Made by a program: the position numbers and the translations under genes. A stretch of DNA of 60,996 nucleotides, counting the filler, from Hausera hauseri (lineage: Eukaryota): NCBI GenBank assembly GCA_046269625.1. It is 12 parts of 12 records of this genome, joined end to end, with 100 filler letters (N's around TTAATTAATTAA, not from the genome) between each part and the next. Parts side by side here need not be neighbours in the genome. Positions count along the whole stretch, not along the records: positions 24,965 to 30,159 come from JBJURY010310498.1; positions 30,260 to 34,408 come from JBJURY010734210.1; positions 34,509 to 41,139 come from JBJURY010080214.1; 9 more parts are not named here. The stretch is one strand, 5' to 3'. Position 1 is the stretch's first letter, and every line of letters begins with the position of its first letter. Of this stretch, positions 24,965-38,309 are shown piece after piece. The notes beneath the pieces were generated by a model that was not told where the DNA came from, did not search any database, and saw only the letters and a list, made by a program, of their open reading frames with translations.

Positions 24965-27900
24965 AAAATAACAAAATCTTCGATAAAATATAGGAAATTA
25001 ACAATGTATTTTCCAAAAAAAATTTCAAAGCAAAAAAATGTCCGTCTGATACAATGTATAATAAGTGCGTCTTTTTCGATTATTCAAACAACAAAAGAAG
25101 TTAAAGAAATTTTTTTTTAAAGAAAAGTCGGGTGAATAAGATTATCATGTACGCTCTTTTGTGGTACGCTCTTTTTTCGCAGAATTGTGAGAATGTGATA
25201 TTTTCCTAATTGAAAAAATTTTTTTATTTTATAATGTACAAATTTATTACAATAATTCTTGTTCGGTGAAACTGAATAATTGGCTTTTCAACGACGATTA
25301 TGTAATAAACGGTCAAAATTAAAAGATAGAATAATTGGTAGTCTGATAAGTAGCCAAATAAGAATATTGATTTTATTTGCCACTAATATGGATTGTTTGG
25401 CTGCCAAACAAACATAGACCAAAAGGTCAAAAGCAGGACGAAAACCGTGCCGGCCTATCTGCACCAAACGGTGACTCTATTGCCAATAATGGAGGTCCAT
25501 GTCCTAGACCGTAGCAATACATTACCCCCCCCCGTGGCAGAAAAGAAACTGTAAAGCAAAACAGAAAGAGGCTAAACGCAAAAAAATATGTTTAGTGCCT
25601 ATTGAGTTTTGGTGTGTATGAGGCGTTGTATTCCGTCTACGGATTTTTTCCTGTTATAGGTACTAAATGTCACTTTGCATGCATTATTTGATTGATTTGT
25701 GCTTGGCTGTTAAACGGTATTTTGTGGTAGACATTTTGTAAGGTTTTCTGATTCAATGTGCTGTGTTGCTTGTGGTGCAGACGTTGAAGATGGTGAAGAG
25801 AATAAATGAAGCAAGAGAGACAAAGAAACTAAAGGCGGTGGAGATGGTGAAAGAGGAGAAGAGAGGCGGGCGGAGAAAACGGAATAAGTGATGTAGGTAC
25901 AGTAAGCGGTGCGGAAGATCAGGATGATTTATTGTGAGAGAAAAGTGGTTGCTGCAACGAATCGAAGTTGTGGAGGAAGTTTGAGGAAGGAATGGAAGGA
26001 GTGAGAGCTGAGTTAGGGTTGGAAGTAGAATCGGCATCCGGATTGTTATCAACGAAGAAAGCGGGCTTAAGATTCGAAATGTGGACGTTGTAGGGTTTAT
26101 CTTGGCATAAGATGGTAGCTGTGTGAGATGAGAGGTGAAGCAGTTTGTATGGGCCAACATACTGAGGCCTAAAACCCGAAGGTGATTGATCCTTCAGCCA
26201 TACAAACTTGGCTGAGTATAAATCTTTCGGAATGTACGATTTGTTATTGTTAAATAAGCGGCATAACGAGTTTGAGCTGACATCAACAAAGTGAGACTGT
26301 GCCGCGCGAATGTGTTCGTCTGTCGAATTGTAGTTAAGGTCGGAAGGTTCGAACAGAGACCGTATTGGAGTCCCAAAAAGTGCCTCGACTGCAGCACAAC
26401 CCGTGGTGGTGGAAGGAGTGTTGCGCCACCCGAGTATAACAAATGGTAGGATGGACGTCGAATTGCGATGATTGTCTGCCAAGATTTTAAAAGAAATTTT
26501 CATACTTCGATGGAACCTTCCAAGAAGGCCATTTGATTGTGGATGGTACGGTTTTGTATGGAAATGTGATATCTCCAAGCGGTTAGCCAGCGATTTAAAG
26601 AGTTCCTATTCGAACTGCGGACCTTGGTCCTTTATGATGTGCCGTGGGCGTCCAAAACGACTGATCCAGATTTTAATAAAGGCATCTGCTACTGAATCAG
26701 TGTTTGTTGAACGGAGAGGAACGGCTTCAGGCCAGAGAGAAGCACGATCCATCATAGTGCGAATATGTTGATACCCGTTATCAGAAGTTAAGGGTCCAAC
26801 GAGATTAAGACGGACAGTATTAAAACGTGATGTACATGGGAAATGGTAAAGCGGCGGTTTAAGATGTTTGTTGACTTTGTATTTTTGACAGGCGGCGCAT
26901 TCTTTAACCCAACCCTGTACATCTGTACGCATTGATGGCCAAACTGCATGACGTTGGAGTAAGCGAAATGTGGCTTTCGAGCCTGGATGATGAAGTGAAT
27001 GCGTGTAAAGGAAAGCTGGTTTCTGCAAAGAAGGAGCGAGAATGATTTTTTTATTACCGGGCTTAGATATGTCGTATGCAATGCCATCAGTGATTTCGAA
27101 GGATTTGAAAGAGCTAAGAATATCGGCAGACGGCTGATTGAGCTTTAGAATTTCGGTAGAAAATATTGGTTCAACCGTAATTGAGCCGATCGACCGCAAC
27201 AGAAAATCCGAGACCAAATTCTCGGTTCCTGAAATATACTTTATGACAAAACTAAATGTAGATAGGTACGATATCTGTCGTTTCTGCCTCGATGATGGCT
27301 GTTTTAGTGACATGATGTGCAGTAGAGGCTTGTGATCCGTTTGGATGATAAATGGACGAGAGAGGAGGAGATGCTTAAAATGTTTTACTGCCAGATGTGT
27401 GGCTAGTAGCTTAAATTCAAATGCCAAATATCGGCTTTCTGGTTGTGTGAGTTTTCGATAGTAAAATTCTAAAGGTTCGTCGACGCCGTTGAAAACCTGG
27501 TGTAGTATTGCACCAGTAGCTGTGGTAAAAATATCGGTGGTAAGTATTAGCTCCGCGTCGGGTTTTGGATAGGCCAGTATTTCGACAGTTTTTAGGCCTT
27601 CACGTAAGTGATCGAATTTGGTGACTAAATCGGGAGTCTATTGGATTAACTGTCTTTTCTTTTCAGATGAGAAGTGTGCGAAAGGTGTTATAAGCTCAGA
27701 CCAATGCGGTATGTATTTATGGATGAAATGTAGTGTGCCAAGAAAATTTTTCATATCTGTATTGGTCGTTGGTAGTATTACATTTTTCAATTGCTGTAGT
27801 GGATCAGGTTGTGGAGAGTGGCCGTGAGGAGTGATGATGTGGCCTAAGAAATTGACACGCTTCTGAAAGAAGTTGCACTTGGAGAAGTTAACTTGTAAGT

Positions 27901-30159
27901 TGCTATGATGTAGTTTGTGGAAAATAATTCGGAGATGTTCATGGTGTTGTTTCACGGAATTGGAGGCAACTAATATGTCATCGATGTAAGGATGAGCAAA
28001 ATCAAGGCCTGAGAGAACGGTGTCGATGTGGTGTTGAAAAGTTTGGGCTGCGTTACGTAAACCGAATGGCATAAAAATGTATTCATAAAGGCCAAATGGA
28101 GTGATGACAGTAGACTTTGGAATGTTATCGGATGCAACGGGAATATGATTGTAGACTTTGTGCAGATCTATTGTGGAATACGCATCGGTGTTGTTAAGAC
28201 TGTGCAGGATGTCTTTTATGAGCTGTAATGGATAAGCATCCATGATGGTTAGATTGTTTACTAGGCGGTAGTCGCCACATAGTCGAAAAGTACCGTCCTT
28301 TTTTGCTACTACATGGAATGGTAAAGCCCATGGTGATTTGGACCTCCGAATGATACCAGATTTTTCGAGTTCGTTAAACTCTAATTCCAGGGCTTTTCGT
28401 CTACGAGGCGATAATGGTCTCACCTTTTGTCTGATAGACCTTTGGTGTTGGATGACAAAGTGGTGATAAGTTGTTGACAGGGGCTTAAAACTAGAGTCCT
28501 TTTTGAGTATGCGAGAACAAGAAGAAATGATGTGTGATTTGAGGTTGGAATCTAGTGATAAAAATGACTGAGGCGTATTATCAGAGGAGGCGGTGACTGT
28601 GATTGGTGAAGAACGAACGACATCGCCGTCGTCAACATTCGGTTTATCCGATTGTTTTAAAATCGACTTCGATATTTGAGATGTAATTCAGAAAATAGAT
28701 AAACAACTAGATGTATCGTTATCAACCAACGAGCAATTTTCCAAATTCACATATGAGTTCGCTGACGATGTGCCTGTTGAGCTGTCTGGTAGACGATTGC
28801 CAACGTTCACGACGGAATATCTACGTAGGAAAAAGCCATATTTGCAGTTAACCAGAAGATCGTGTGCGGCCAAAAAATCTGAGCCGATTATTTGCAATTT
28901 AATATTGGCCACGTGGAATTTCCAACAAACTTGCCTGGTAAGTTTGAAAATGTAAAAATCAGTTCCGTGGTACCTGCGATTCGCAAAGATTGACCGCTGG
29001 CAGTGAAAAGCTGAGGAAAAGAAACTGCCGTTGATGCAGGGACGAAGGACAAAGGGAGGAGTGAAAAGGCAGCTCCTGAATCGATAAGAAAATCGATATG
29101 TGGAGCATTGCTAGAGAAAAGTGTAGCTTTTAACAGAAAAACTGCAGAGGCGATGTTAAGACGGCCAGAAGACTGAGAAGTATTGCCTACGCCAGAATGT
29201 GCCGTAACATCTGGCGGCCTTTTTATTTTTTTTTGAAGATTGTGGAGTAAACGAAGATGACTGATAAAAAGAAGGAGGAGGAGGAGAAGATGAAGAAAAA
29301 TTGAAGTTGTTTTTGTAATGTTTACATTCCAGAACACACAATCTGGCTAGAGAATAAAATTTTATGTAATAAATACAAATAAGGCTGTCCACTGCAAAAC
29401 GCTTGTCATAAAATCTACAGCCCAAGAGACATTTTTCTGTGTTTCTACAACATTTCTTAGGATAAAAACAAATCATTCTTCCGCCAGAAGATTTAGAACG
29501 AAATGAGTGCCTGGAGAGGCTACGCTCACGCGATACACGAATATCACCTCGCCGAAACATAGACAAGTTACTTAGTTGGGCCGTGATGGAGAAAATTGAA
29601 TGTTGTAGAGTATCGTATTGTTTCTGAATTAATTGTAGTTGCTGTGCAAAAACAATCGTGTCTACGTGAGATGGGGTATGCGTGGTTGCTGCAGCTACGG
29701 GTTTTGAGTTGTTAGTTTGCAAAATTTCGAAACTTTCATCAGCTAATAGAACAAGTTTTTCAGTTGCCGTCTAGTTGTCAACGACAGTAAGGAGAACTCT
29801 GATAGAAGTGGGCAAGGAGGAGAGGAAATAACGACGAATCAAGTCCGCATTATTGATGGGGGTAACGCCAAGAGCACTTAGGTGTGAAATATAGATCTGC
29901 AGAAATTCAGAAGGCTTTTAATTGCCTACAGCATGTTCGTTAAAGTACTTCTGTAATATATTATCAATCGATGGATCGGTAATATGTAGACCAGACTCAT
30001 AAAGCATGTCATATGGTGTTGGCGAAGTAAGGATATCAGCAAGGTTATTGATCTGATGCTTGATATCTGCTGGGCGAAGAAATAACAAGCTGTTGGCGCG
30101 CAAGAAAGAATCGGTAATATGATTGGCTTTAAGCCATTGTAAATGAAATTGTAGCCAAG
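24965..30159 (-). mobile_element. Ty3/Gypsy LTR retrotransposon, CsRn1-like (gag-PR-RT-RH-IN, PPT, 3' LTR), decayed
   Basis: CHCC-type Gag motifs, LIDSGA, RLCGDYR, MPFGLRNA, YIDD, TDHKPL, HSLHHPG..CAAC, DQGPQFE, YHPQSNG, YVGPYK; G-run PPT at 25525-25533, then TG at 25521. Confidence 0.92.
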
Positions 30160-32448
30160 NNNNNNNNNNNNNNNNNNNNNNNNNNNNNNNNNNNNNNNNN
30201 NNNTTAATTAATTAANNNNNNNNNNNNNNNNNNNNNNNNNNNNNNNNNNNNNNNNNNNNTAGGAATGAACTTTTCTTTTGTCTTTTCTGTTGGGACTTTC
30301 CGACGTAAACATTCTTCACATTTTCCAATGACATCTACTTCTTTTGATAAACCTGGAACTGTGAAGTGATGTTGAATATATCGTTTTGTCTTCTTCATAC
30401 CCAGATGGCATAGATCCACATTTATCTTCCGGATGAAATCTTTCCGCATATTTTTGGAACAACTGGTAGTCTGTGGTTCAGATCTTTATATAGCAGAAAA
30501 CCATCTGTCACTTCCAATTTGTCGATCACATTGAGAATCTCCTTTGAACGTTGTAAGTTGTCCAGCGTTGAGCCATCTAGTTGACATTTTGCCTTTGTAT
30601 TTCTGTACATTTTTCATGTTCGTCTTTTTTCATTGCAATGTTGACCTGACCAATATTGAATTATTGTGCTTTAAACGTGCCTTTTTTGTTTCGGATCGGC
30701 ATGTCTTGTTTGGCACTGAGCACACGGTTTCTCGTACATCCGCGACAATCCATCTGCGTTTCCATGCTGTTCGCCCTTTTTATATTCTAGTGTAAAATCA
30801 AAATCTGTCATATCTTATAGCCACGTCTGGAATTGTGGTGTCATTGGCTTGGTAGAGGTCTTCATATATACCAATGCCTTATGATCTTTCTAGCCGTGAA
30901 GTGCTTACCATACAAATACTGTTTAAAGTGCAGCATAAACTTTGTAATTCCAACAGTTCCTCTCTTGTAACTTATTAGTCTTTCTCAAAAGTTGAGTGCT
31001 TTAGACGCACACGCGACTACTTTTTCTTCATTTCCTCTCTTCTTGGCTGAGTATTGCTCCTATTACACCAACGATGCATCTATATCCAAAATAAAATCCT
31101 TCGTTGGATCCATGGAGATTAATACTGGTGCTTTATATAGCTTCAATTTCAATAGTTTGAAACTTTCTTCACACTCCCTTGACCAAAATAACTCTACACG
31201 TACCCTTGCAAGCCTAATGTAACGGCGCCGCAAAGAGCTCATAATAATTGATAAACCTTCTGTAATAGTTGGCCAGACCTAAAAATGCTCTCAACTGCCG
31301 CGTACATTTTGGACTGAAAAATTCTGGATCTCTATTACTTTAGTTGATTTGTTCACACTTCCGGATTACTAATGGTATGTTCAAGAAATATAAACTCCGA
31401 AACACCAAATCTACATTTTTTAGGATTCACTTTCGGATTTGAATTTTTCAATCTTTTCATTACATCTTCTAGTAATATGCAATGTTCCGAAATGGTCTTT
31501 GAAAAAATAAACACATCATCTATGAATATGACAACACCCACAAACAGGAAGTCTTCGAACAATGTATTTATCATCCACTAAAACACTCCAGGGGCCATGG
31601 AAAGGCCAAATGGTACTAGGTTGAAAAAATACTGTTGTGATTTGGTGCAAAAGTCTGCTTCCAACGCGACCGAGATCTATACTTGAAAAAAATTTTGAAC
31701 CTCCTAACGCATCAAATAAGGCTTGACTTTCCGGAATTGGGAAAGAAATTTTCTTTGATATTTCATTTAACTGTCTAAAATCCAAATAAATTTGTATCCC
31801 CAATCTTCCTTTTGAACGACGACTAAAGGCGAATTCCATTCACTTTTGTATTTCTAAGTAATATCCGCTTTCTCCAAGTCCTTCAAAAATTCTTCAATTT
31901 TACCTTCCAGATGTACTGATTGTCTTCTATGATTCAAAAAAATTGGTTTACCCTTCGTTTCGATTCTATGTTTTATCAGATCCGTAAATGCTAAATCGTA
32001 ATCATGTTTCATAAACAATTCCTCGTAGCGTTTTACAACTTTCACTAATTGACATTCCGCGATTTTTGGTTTTCCCATAGTTGACACAGCTGCTATTTTT
32101 TTCGTTCGAAGTCCAATAACGCCAGTTTTCATTAATTTCATACCAAATTCCTTTAAAATATCTATTCCTCCAATAACTTCCCACCTGGCTGTTTTTACTA
32201 CTATTAATTCAATCTCATGTACTTGCTTATCCAACTTTACGTTGACTTTTACCTTTCACGAACAACCATTACTTTTCGAAAAGGCTCCAGTCAATATTAG
32301 AGCTCTTTCCAAATCTTTTCACTGATTACTGACACTGTGGCTCCACTATCCAACAATATTTCTATTCCACACTCGTTTAGCTTGACTTTAGTCCACCACC
32401 GTCCGTCTTTTCCCACTATTGTTGTTGCACCTCGGTTTTGTAAATTTT

Positions 32449-33570
32449 CTACGCCAACTCCACTGACGAAATCCTCACAGCAGAGTTTCTGGTGTTTAAA
32501 GTTTCTTGTACGTCGTCTTTATAGGGCACAATTTTGTCTCCGTGGTCTTCATACATGTCTTCCATATACATCGGGTTTACCTGTCGTAATTTGAAACAGT
32601 TTCTAAATCCGTGTTCACTTTTTTCATATATCAAACATAAGTTGTTTAAAGGGCAGTTCCTTCTAATGTGTCTATGTTGTCCACAGCAAAAACAATCACC
32701 CTTAAATAGCACTTTCTCTTTAGGTGCTGGTAGATGTTTCACGCGGCAGTAGAACTTCCTGCCTTCATAATACGCAGCGTGAGTTGGAGCCCGTCTTCTT
32801 CTATCTGCGATCAAACTGCCATGTGGTTTCTGGTCCTGAGCAATGTTATTGTTCATCGACCTTGTTCCAAGCCTTTCTTTCTTTGAATATTCTATTCCAC
32901 TGTTGTGTATAAACGGTCTTCTATCATATTCTTTTGGTTTCACGTATGTTGTCTTTCCGAAATTTTGTTTGCGAGACTTTACCGCATCCCGGAATGATTT
33001 CTTCACTGGTACCACTTCTCTGAACTCTTCAACGGTTTGGCTATCTTCCAAAATGTTAGCTTCTTCCCTCATATTTTCCACCGTTGTTTTTGGTTTGAAA
33101 ACAAACCGCTCTTTTACCAATTTTGAGCTGATTCGTTTTCTTAGCACTTCTTGAACAAATTCATCTTTGTTGAACTTAAAAATTTTGTCAGTTGCTTGGC
33201 GCACTCTGATTTCAAATATCAGAAACCTTTCTCCTTCTTTCTGATACATGTTGGCCAATTCGACCACTTCATCGAGAGGGGTCACCTTTCTTGTGAACGT
33301 CGTTTTAAACCATATTATGACTTCTTCGTCCGACGGTTGGTTTCCCTTCTTTTGTTTGAAATCCGTCCACAGAACTCTGGCTTGTTCCATTAACTGGAAT
33401 TCACATAGCTCCACAAACGGCCGTCGAAAAAATTTGTTAGCATGAATCATGTCTTCCAGCCATCGTTTAGACTCATCAGTGAATGATCCATCAAATTGCC
33501 GAAGGGAGGCATTGTAGTATTTCCGGAAGTGTTCGTCATAGTTCGGAGAACTTGAATTGCCTTGACACAT
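32449..33570 (-). CDS. gag: Gag, largely open
   Basis: ATG directly after the PBS; QKEGERF capsid-like motif; tandem zinc knuckles. Confidence 0.75.
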   Translation of the reverse strand: MCQGNSSSPNYDEHFRKYYNASLRQFDGSFTDESKRWLEDMIHANKFFRRPFVELCEFQLMEQARVLWTDFKQKKGNQPSDEEVIIWFKTTFTRKVTPLDEVVELANMYQKEGERFLIFEIRVRQATDKIFKFNKDEFVQEVLRKRISSKLVKERFVFKPKTTVENMREEANILEDSQTVEEFREVVPVKKSFRDAVKSRKQNFGKTTYVKPKEYDRRPFIHNSGIEYSKKERLGTRSMNNNIAQDQKPHGSLIADRRRRAPTHAAYYEGRKFYCRVKHLPAPKEKVLFKGDCFCCGQHRHIRRNCPLNNLCLIYEKSEHGFRNCFKLRQVNPMYMEDMYEDHGDKIVPYKDDVQETLNTRNSAVRISSVELA

Positions 33571-33572
33571 TG

Positions 33573-33589
33573 TCCTGGTTGGATCGCCA
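33573..33589 (-). promoter_or_regulatory. Primer-binding site (tRNA-Arg-like)
   Basis: TGGCGATCCAACCAGGA immediately upstream of the gag ATG. Confidence 0.6.
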
Positions 33590-33779
33590 GTTAAGAACAC
33601 TTTGCTCGGCAAAGTCGGAGGATCGAAATTCTCGAGTTCAAAAGCTTTCTTTTCGCTGATAACTTAAATATAAGTCTAAAGAGTTTTAAAAGCATTTATT
33701 TTTTATCCAATATTTAAACAAATTAAAAATAAATAATAATTTGCACATTATTTATTTTTGCTGGTCCATTACTATGGAA

Positions 33780-34408
33780 TATACAATTACTATCACATCT
33801 ATCACACAAAATACAGAACCAGTAAAATTAATTTTATAATACGCAAGAAGCAATAAGACAGAAAACATAATACACACGTTCCAATAAGATTAATCATATA
33901 AAAATGTACCAATAAGATGTATCACATAAACTGCATGTACCAATAAGATGTACCATGTAACACAAAATTACGAATTACATGCTTCACATATTAGACAGTA
34001 CCAATAAAATATACTATAAAATAAACAAGGACCAATAAGATATACAAGTAGCAATAAGATGTGAAATATTAAACAAGTATCAAAAATGTAACTCTTAATA
34101 CAAAAGTACGAATAAGATGTATCACATAAAACACAGGTACCAATAAGAAGCATCACATAACATACACGTACCATTATGAAGTAACATGTAATACACAAGC
34201 ACAATAATATGCATGGCATAATAAACAAATACCAATAAGATGTATCACAAAATACACAAGTACCAATAAGATCTACCACATAATACACAAGTACCAATAA
34301 GATGTACCACATAATACACAAGTACCAATATGATGTATCACATAATACACAAGTACCAATAAGATGTATCACATAATACACAAGTACCAATAAGATGTAC
34401 CACATAAT
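33780..34408. repeat. 31-bp minisatellite (CAAGTACCAATAAGATGTATCACATAATACA)
   Basis: Near-perfect copies at 34257-34408 that degenerate leftwards. Confidence 0.92.
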
Positions 34409-34579
34409 NNNNNNNNNNNNNNNNNNNNNNNNNNNNNNNNNNNNNNNNNNNNTTAATTAATTAANNNNNNNNNNNNNNNNNNNNNNNNNNNNNNNNNNNN
34501 NNNNNNNNATGGGGAATAATAAGAATTCAAATGGGCCCAGGGAGGAAATTATAGAAGTTGCGTCAAGGGAAGAGTTTAG

Positions 34580-35230
34580 TGACGGATATGTACAACATCC
34601 AACGCCCATCAATTCATATTGACCATGATGAACCGTGCTTCCCGATGGCCAAAAGCCATTCCATTACGCTGCACTAACACGGACACTATTTCTTGGGGAT
34701 CAAACATATACATACTTCTCCATATCATCCTCAAGCTAACTTTTTACTTGAAAGATTTCACCGCACAATGAAGACCTCGCTCAAAATCCTTGCTGAATCA
34801 CATAGCAACTGGACATCTCTTCTTCCACTGATCCCGTTCAGTTGGCGTAACACACCCTCTACAACTACGAGTTGTGCACCGGCTGAGGCATTGTTTGGGC
34901 CGCTTATTCGGGCACTTTATGAGTTAACTGATTTAGACGACATACCAACAGATGAGGTAATTCTAGATGCGCAAAATCACTTCGTTGCATTAAACAAGGA
35001 CTCACTTTGCAAAATTGTAAATAACGACAAATCAAATATACAAGATGATTTATACACCGCTAAATTTGTCTGGCTTCGTAATCCTTCATCCAATGGTTTT
35101 CAACCGAAATACATTGGTCCGTTTAAACTACTGTCTTTATCCCATCATACGGAAACGATTCTTAAAATGGCAAAGAACAGACTGTACACCTAACAAACCT
35201 AAAACCTGCTTTCGTTGTTGATGGTCTTCC
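34580..35230 (+). pseudogene. Integrase C-terminal part of the CsRn1-like family
   Basis: TSPYHPQANFLLERFHRTMK, WRNTP, KYIGPF; clearly homologous to 25919-26578. Confidence 0.9.
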
Positions 35231-35792
35231 TGAAGACACATGAACCAACACCAACTCTGTTGGCACTTTTCTTGATGCCTTTACAGCTACTTTACTTTCA
35301 ACCGACTTAACTATTCACACACCACCTCCATTTGAAAACAAAGTTTCTCTCGATTCTTCTTAAAATTCTCAATCGACTTCACATATTCAACCTGCTTCAA
35401 ATATTTCCGTTTCAGACTCGCCTCCACTCCATACCCTCCTTAAACTTCTTCAAATGGACAATCTCCCTCCAATTCTCAACTATTCAAATCTTCTCCACCT
35501 TTTCTATCTTCGTCATACTCGGCTAAGTTTCCTTTGCAACTTTCACCTTCCACGGCTAAAAAGACGCCCGCAATAAATTCAGATATTTTTTCGTCAACTT
35601 ACACCTCTGCAAGTAAATTCAAAACACGCAAGCAAAATACGCAGAATTACCTTCATTAAGTACAGTAGAGAACAAAATTTCTACATAGTTCAACGTCTGG
35701 TGCACACGAAAACCGAGTAGGACACAAAAACTTTTCCCTTATTGCGGATATTGTTTTTCATTGTTTTCTGCTTTACAGTATTCACTTTGCCA

Positions 35793-35803
35793 CGGGAGGG
35801 CGA
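35793..35803 (+). promoter_or_regulatory. Polypurine tract
   Basis: GCCACGGGAGGGCGA directly before TG; same GCCACGGG context as the 25525 PPT. Confidence 0.7.
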
Positions 35804-36855
35804 TGTGGTGCCCACATGATGTGTTATCCCGTGGCCCATTTTGGCCGTGTACAACCGGGTGTGGCTTTTTTGCCCAATGTCGTCGATGGCTGCTGCACTT
35901 CGTCTTCCGTCACGGACTCTTGCCGTTAGACCGTCTTTACAAAGCTACTATTTTATAATTGGAAATAACGTGCGAATTAACGAATGGCGTGAGCAGACAG
36001 GAGTGAAAATTAACGTGCTGACACCGGCCGTTAAATCAGAGAAGATAAAAGATGTGATAATTGATCATAATTATCATAGTCGGTTGATAGGTGATAATGG
36101 ATATCGAATTCGTGATATTAGTCAACAAAATCCATATGTAATAACATTTCCAGAATTATCATAGAATAGGGATATTGTACAATTACGTGGACCACGAATT
36201 GAAAAATTACAGTCAGAATTAATTTCTATTCGTTACGATTCAATGATGATTTCTCATAATCTTCATGAATTATTAATTGATCAATATGAACAAATAATTC
36301 GATCTAAACAAGAATGCGCTGGGGTATTATACAATTTCCATTATCAGGAAATGTTACTAAAATTCGTAGACCTGATAATGATGTTGAAAATGCTAAACAA
36401 CGACTAATGGAATTAGAAAATAAAATCATCTGTTAATTTGTAATAAATTTATATCAGTTAAAATGAATAAGTGCCGTAATCGCAGACTGAACCATACCGG
36501 CTAATCTGGTGTTGTTTTAATGAAAAGAAAATTTTTTGGTTTTAAAATAAAAAAAACATAAAAGATTTTTCAGTTTCGTTCTGCCATTTTTGATCAAAAA
36601 TTTTAATCAATTTTTTTATTCAATTCCTGCACAGACTGGATTTGTTGAAGCAATATTCTGGCTAGGGAAAACTGGCGATTTTAATCATTCTCGTAATTCT
36701 TTAAAATCCCCTTGACCATTTTTTTTGTAGAAACTCTGGGAGATTCATAACCTTTTTCTGGAGCAGGTTATAATTCCCTACAAATGCGTGTAATCTGTTG
36801 ATATTATTCAAGTCTGGTTTGACTCAGAGCGAGTTGAAGAAGATCAAATTCTACA
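35804..36855 (+). repeat. Complete LTR (TG...CA) containing a captured vigilin fragment
   Basis: PPT on the left, PBS 2 nt to the right, head TGTGGTGCCCAC, AATAA signals near 36440-36550. Confidence 0.75.
35975..36436 (+). pseudogene. HDLBP: Processed, internally deleted vigilin (KH-repeat) fragment
   Basis: KDVIIDHNYHSRLIGDNGYRIRDI..ITFP..RDIVQLRGP and ISHNLHELLI..IIRS..EC..IIQFP..IR.PDNDVENAKQRLMEL match vigilin KH repeats. Confidence 0.78.
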
Positions 36856-36857
36856 AC

Positions 36858-36871
36858 TGGTGTCAGACGTG
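36858..36871 (+). promoter_or_regulatory. Primer-binding site (tRNA-Leu-like TGGTGTCAGA)
   Basis: ...CTACA-AC-TGGTGTCAGACGTG. Confidence 0.75.
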
Positions 36872-37029
36872 CCTCCGGCCTGCCTCGACGAACTGCGTGT
36901 TTTCTTAATGCTGTGCGTCGTTGACACGGCACTCCATGCGAAAGACAAAATTTGACAATGAAAGGTTGGTGGGTTGTTCAGTTTGCGATTAACGGCACTT
37001 TTCACGTTTTTATCTCTTTAAATAATTTG

Positions 37030-38305
37030 TTGCGATTTATAATCTAATTCAAAACGGATGCTGGGTTGCTATGGGGAAATTTTAATTGCGAAAATTCGCT
37101 TATGGTGATTAGCGGGAATAATTGGCAATTTATTGAAATTCCTTCGGTGGTGAAACTGGAGAAAAATGGCGAATTACTGATTACTCGTCGTTCGTTGAAT
37201 TCATCGTGTAATTTGAATGATTTTAAATGGTATCCCACTGATCGGATTATGTTTACAATGTTGTTGTATGGTGCGATATTTCTGTGTACAATTGACAGTA
37301 ACCAATTGAAAATTATTGGATCTCTTAACAATGCCTTTGACTTTCGTGGGCTCCAAAAAAGAATAAATTCACTGTTGCGTTAAAAACAGAAAATCCAGAA
37401 AAACTTCATTTGAAACAATTTGAATTATTAATGACAGAAAAACAAAAAGCCTATTTGGAATGTTTCAAAAGTCATTTTAAATTCATTATTGGATTTCGCA
37501 AAATATTTGCTTGTTTTCTCGGACAAAAAACTAATAGTGTTAAGGTCCTGTTTGATATAAACAGTTCATTGGATTGTGTCAATGAAATTGGACCTAGGTT
37601 CAGGCTTTACTGCGTTCATATCATCGATTGTAATGTTGTAATCTGGATGAATAACACTGCCGAATATCTCACAATGTATCACTGCAATGAGAACAATGAA
37701 ATCATTCTAAAAATTATGTATTGTCTTCCTGTTGAATGTAATGTCATTGGGCTATTTGTTATTCCAACAAAGATCGACGGAGTCCAGATCTGGGAAAAAT
37801 TGATACCAATCGAACTATTTTTACTCAACTGAGCAACGGGGAAATTTGCGGATACTTTCTCGCTTATAGTGTACCGAACTCCGATGACTATACTAAATCA
37901 AACAAAGTAAAAATGACACTTGAGACGGGAAAACGAAATTGAATGAAAACCCTCTTCCAGAGAAAAGGCCAATTTACCATCGATTTCATCATCAAATTTG
38001 ACCCAAAAAGGAATTTTTGGCGCATTCACTTCGCCTGCATTGTCTCCGTCAACAATCAATTTATCTCCTGCTCAACAAACAAACCAATACTTTGATTTTC
38101 CAAGTAATACTTCAAAACCGTTAATCGGTAACCCTGCTTTGATATCGTTTACATCAGCAAAGCATTCTTCCGCCGTACCAAATTCTATATGTAAATCACT
38201 ATTCGATACACCGCCTCCGGCATAATTGTCTGCTTCACAACCAAACCAACTCATTGGGTTTTCAAATTCTGTCGGGAAATCAATATTCGATGCACCATCC
38301 AATTT
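37030..38305 (+). pseudogene. Non-retroviral, host-like coding sequence replacing the Gag N-terminus (beta-rich part plus Ser/Pro-rich, FG-like part)
   Basis: ORFs 37066-37383 and 37410-37832, then 37998-38300 with GIFG, SLFD, SIFD; absent from the sibling element at 29700-30159. Confidence 0.35.
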
Positions 38306-38309
38306 ATCC

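Larger units (their letters stand above)
30260..33700 (-). mobile_element. Ty3/Gypsy LTR retrotransposon (gag with two CCHC, PR, RT, RH, IN N-terminus), decayed
   Basis: Gag ORF with CFCCGQHRHIRRNC; LLDSGA, LDFRQLN, FIDD, DIDAS, HVDLCHLG..CEEC. Confidence 0.9.

Noticed and set aside
33780-34408. CRISPR-like periodicity and ORF 33968-34405
   Set aside because: Head-to-tail repeats without unique spacers, eukaryotic context, no cas genes; the ORF is a translation of the repeat.
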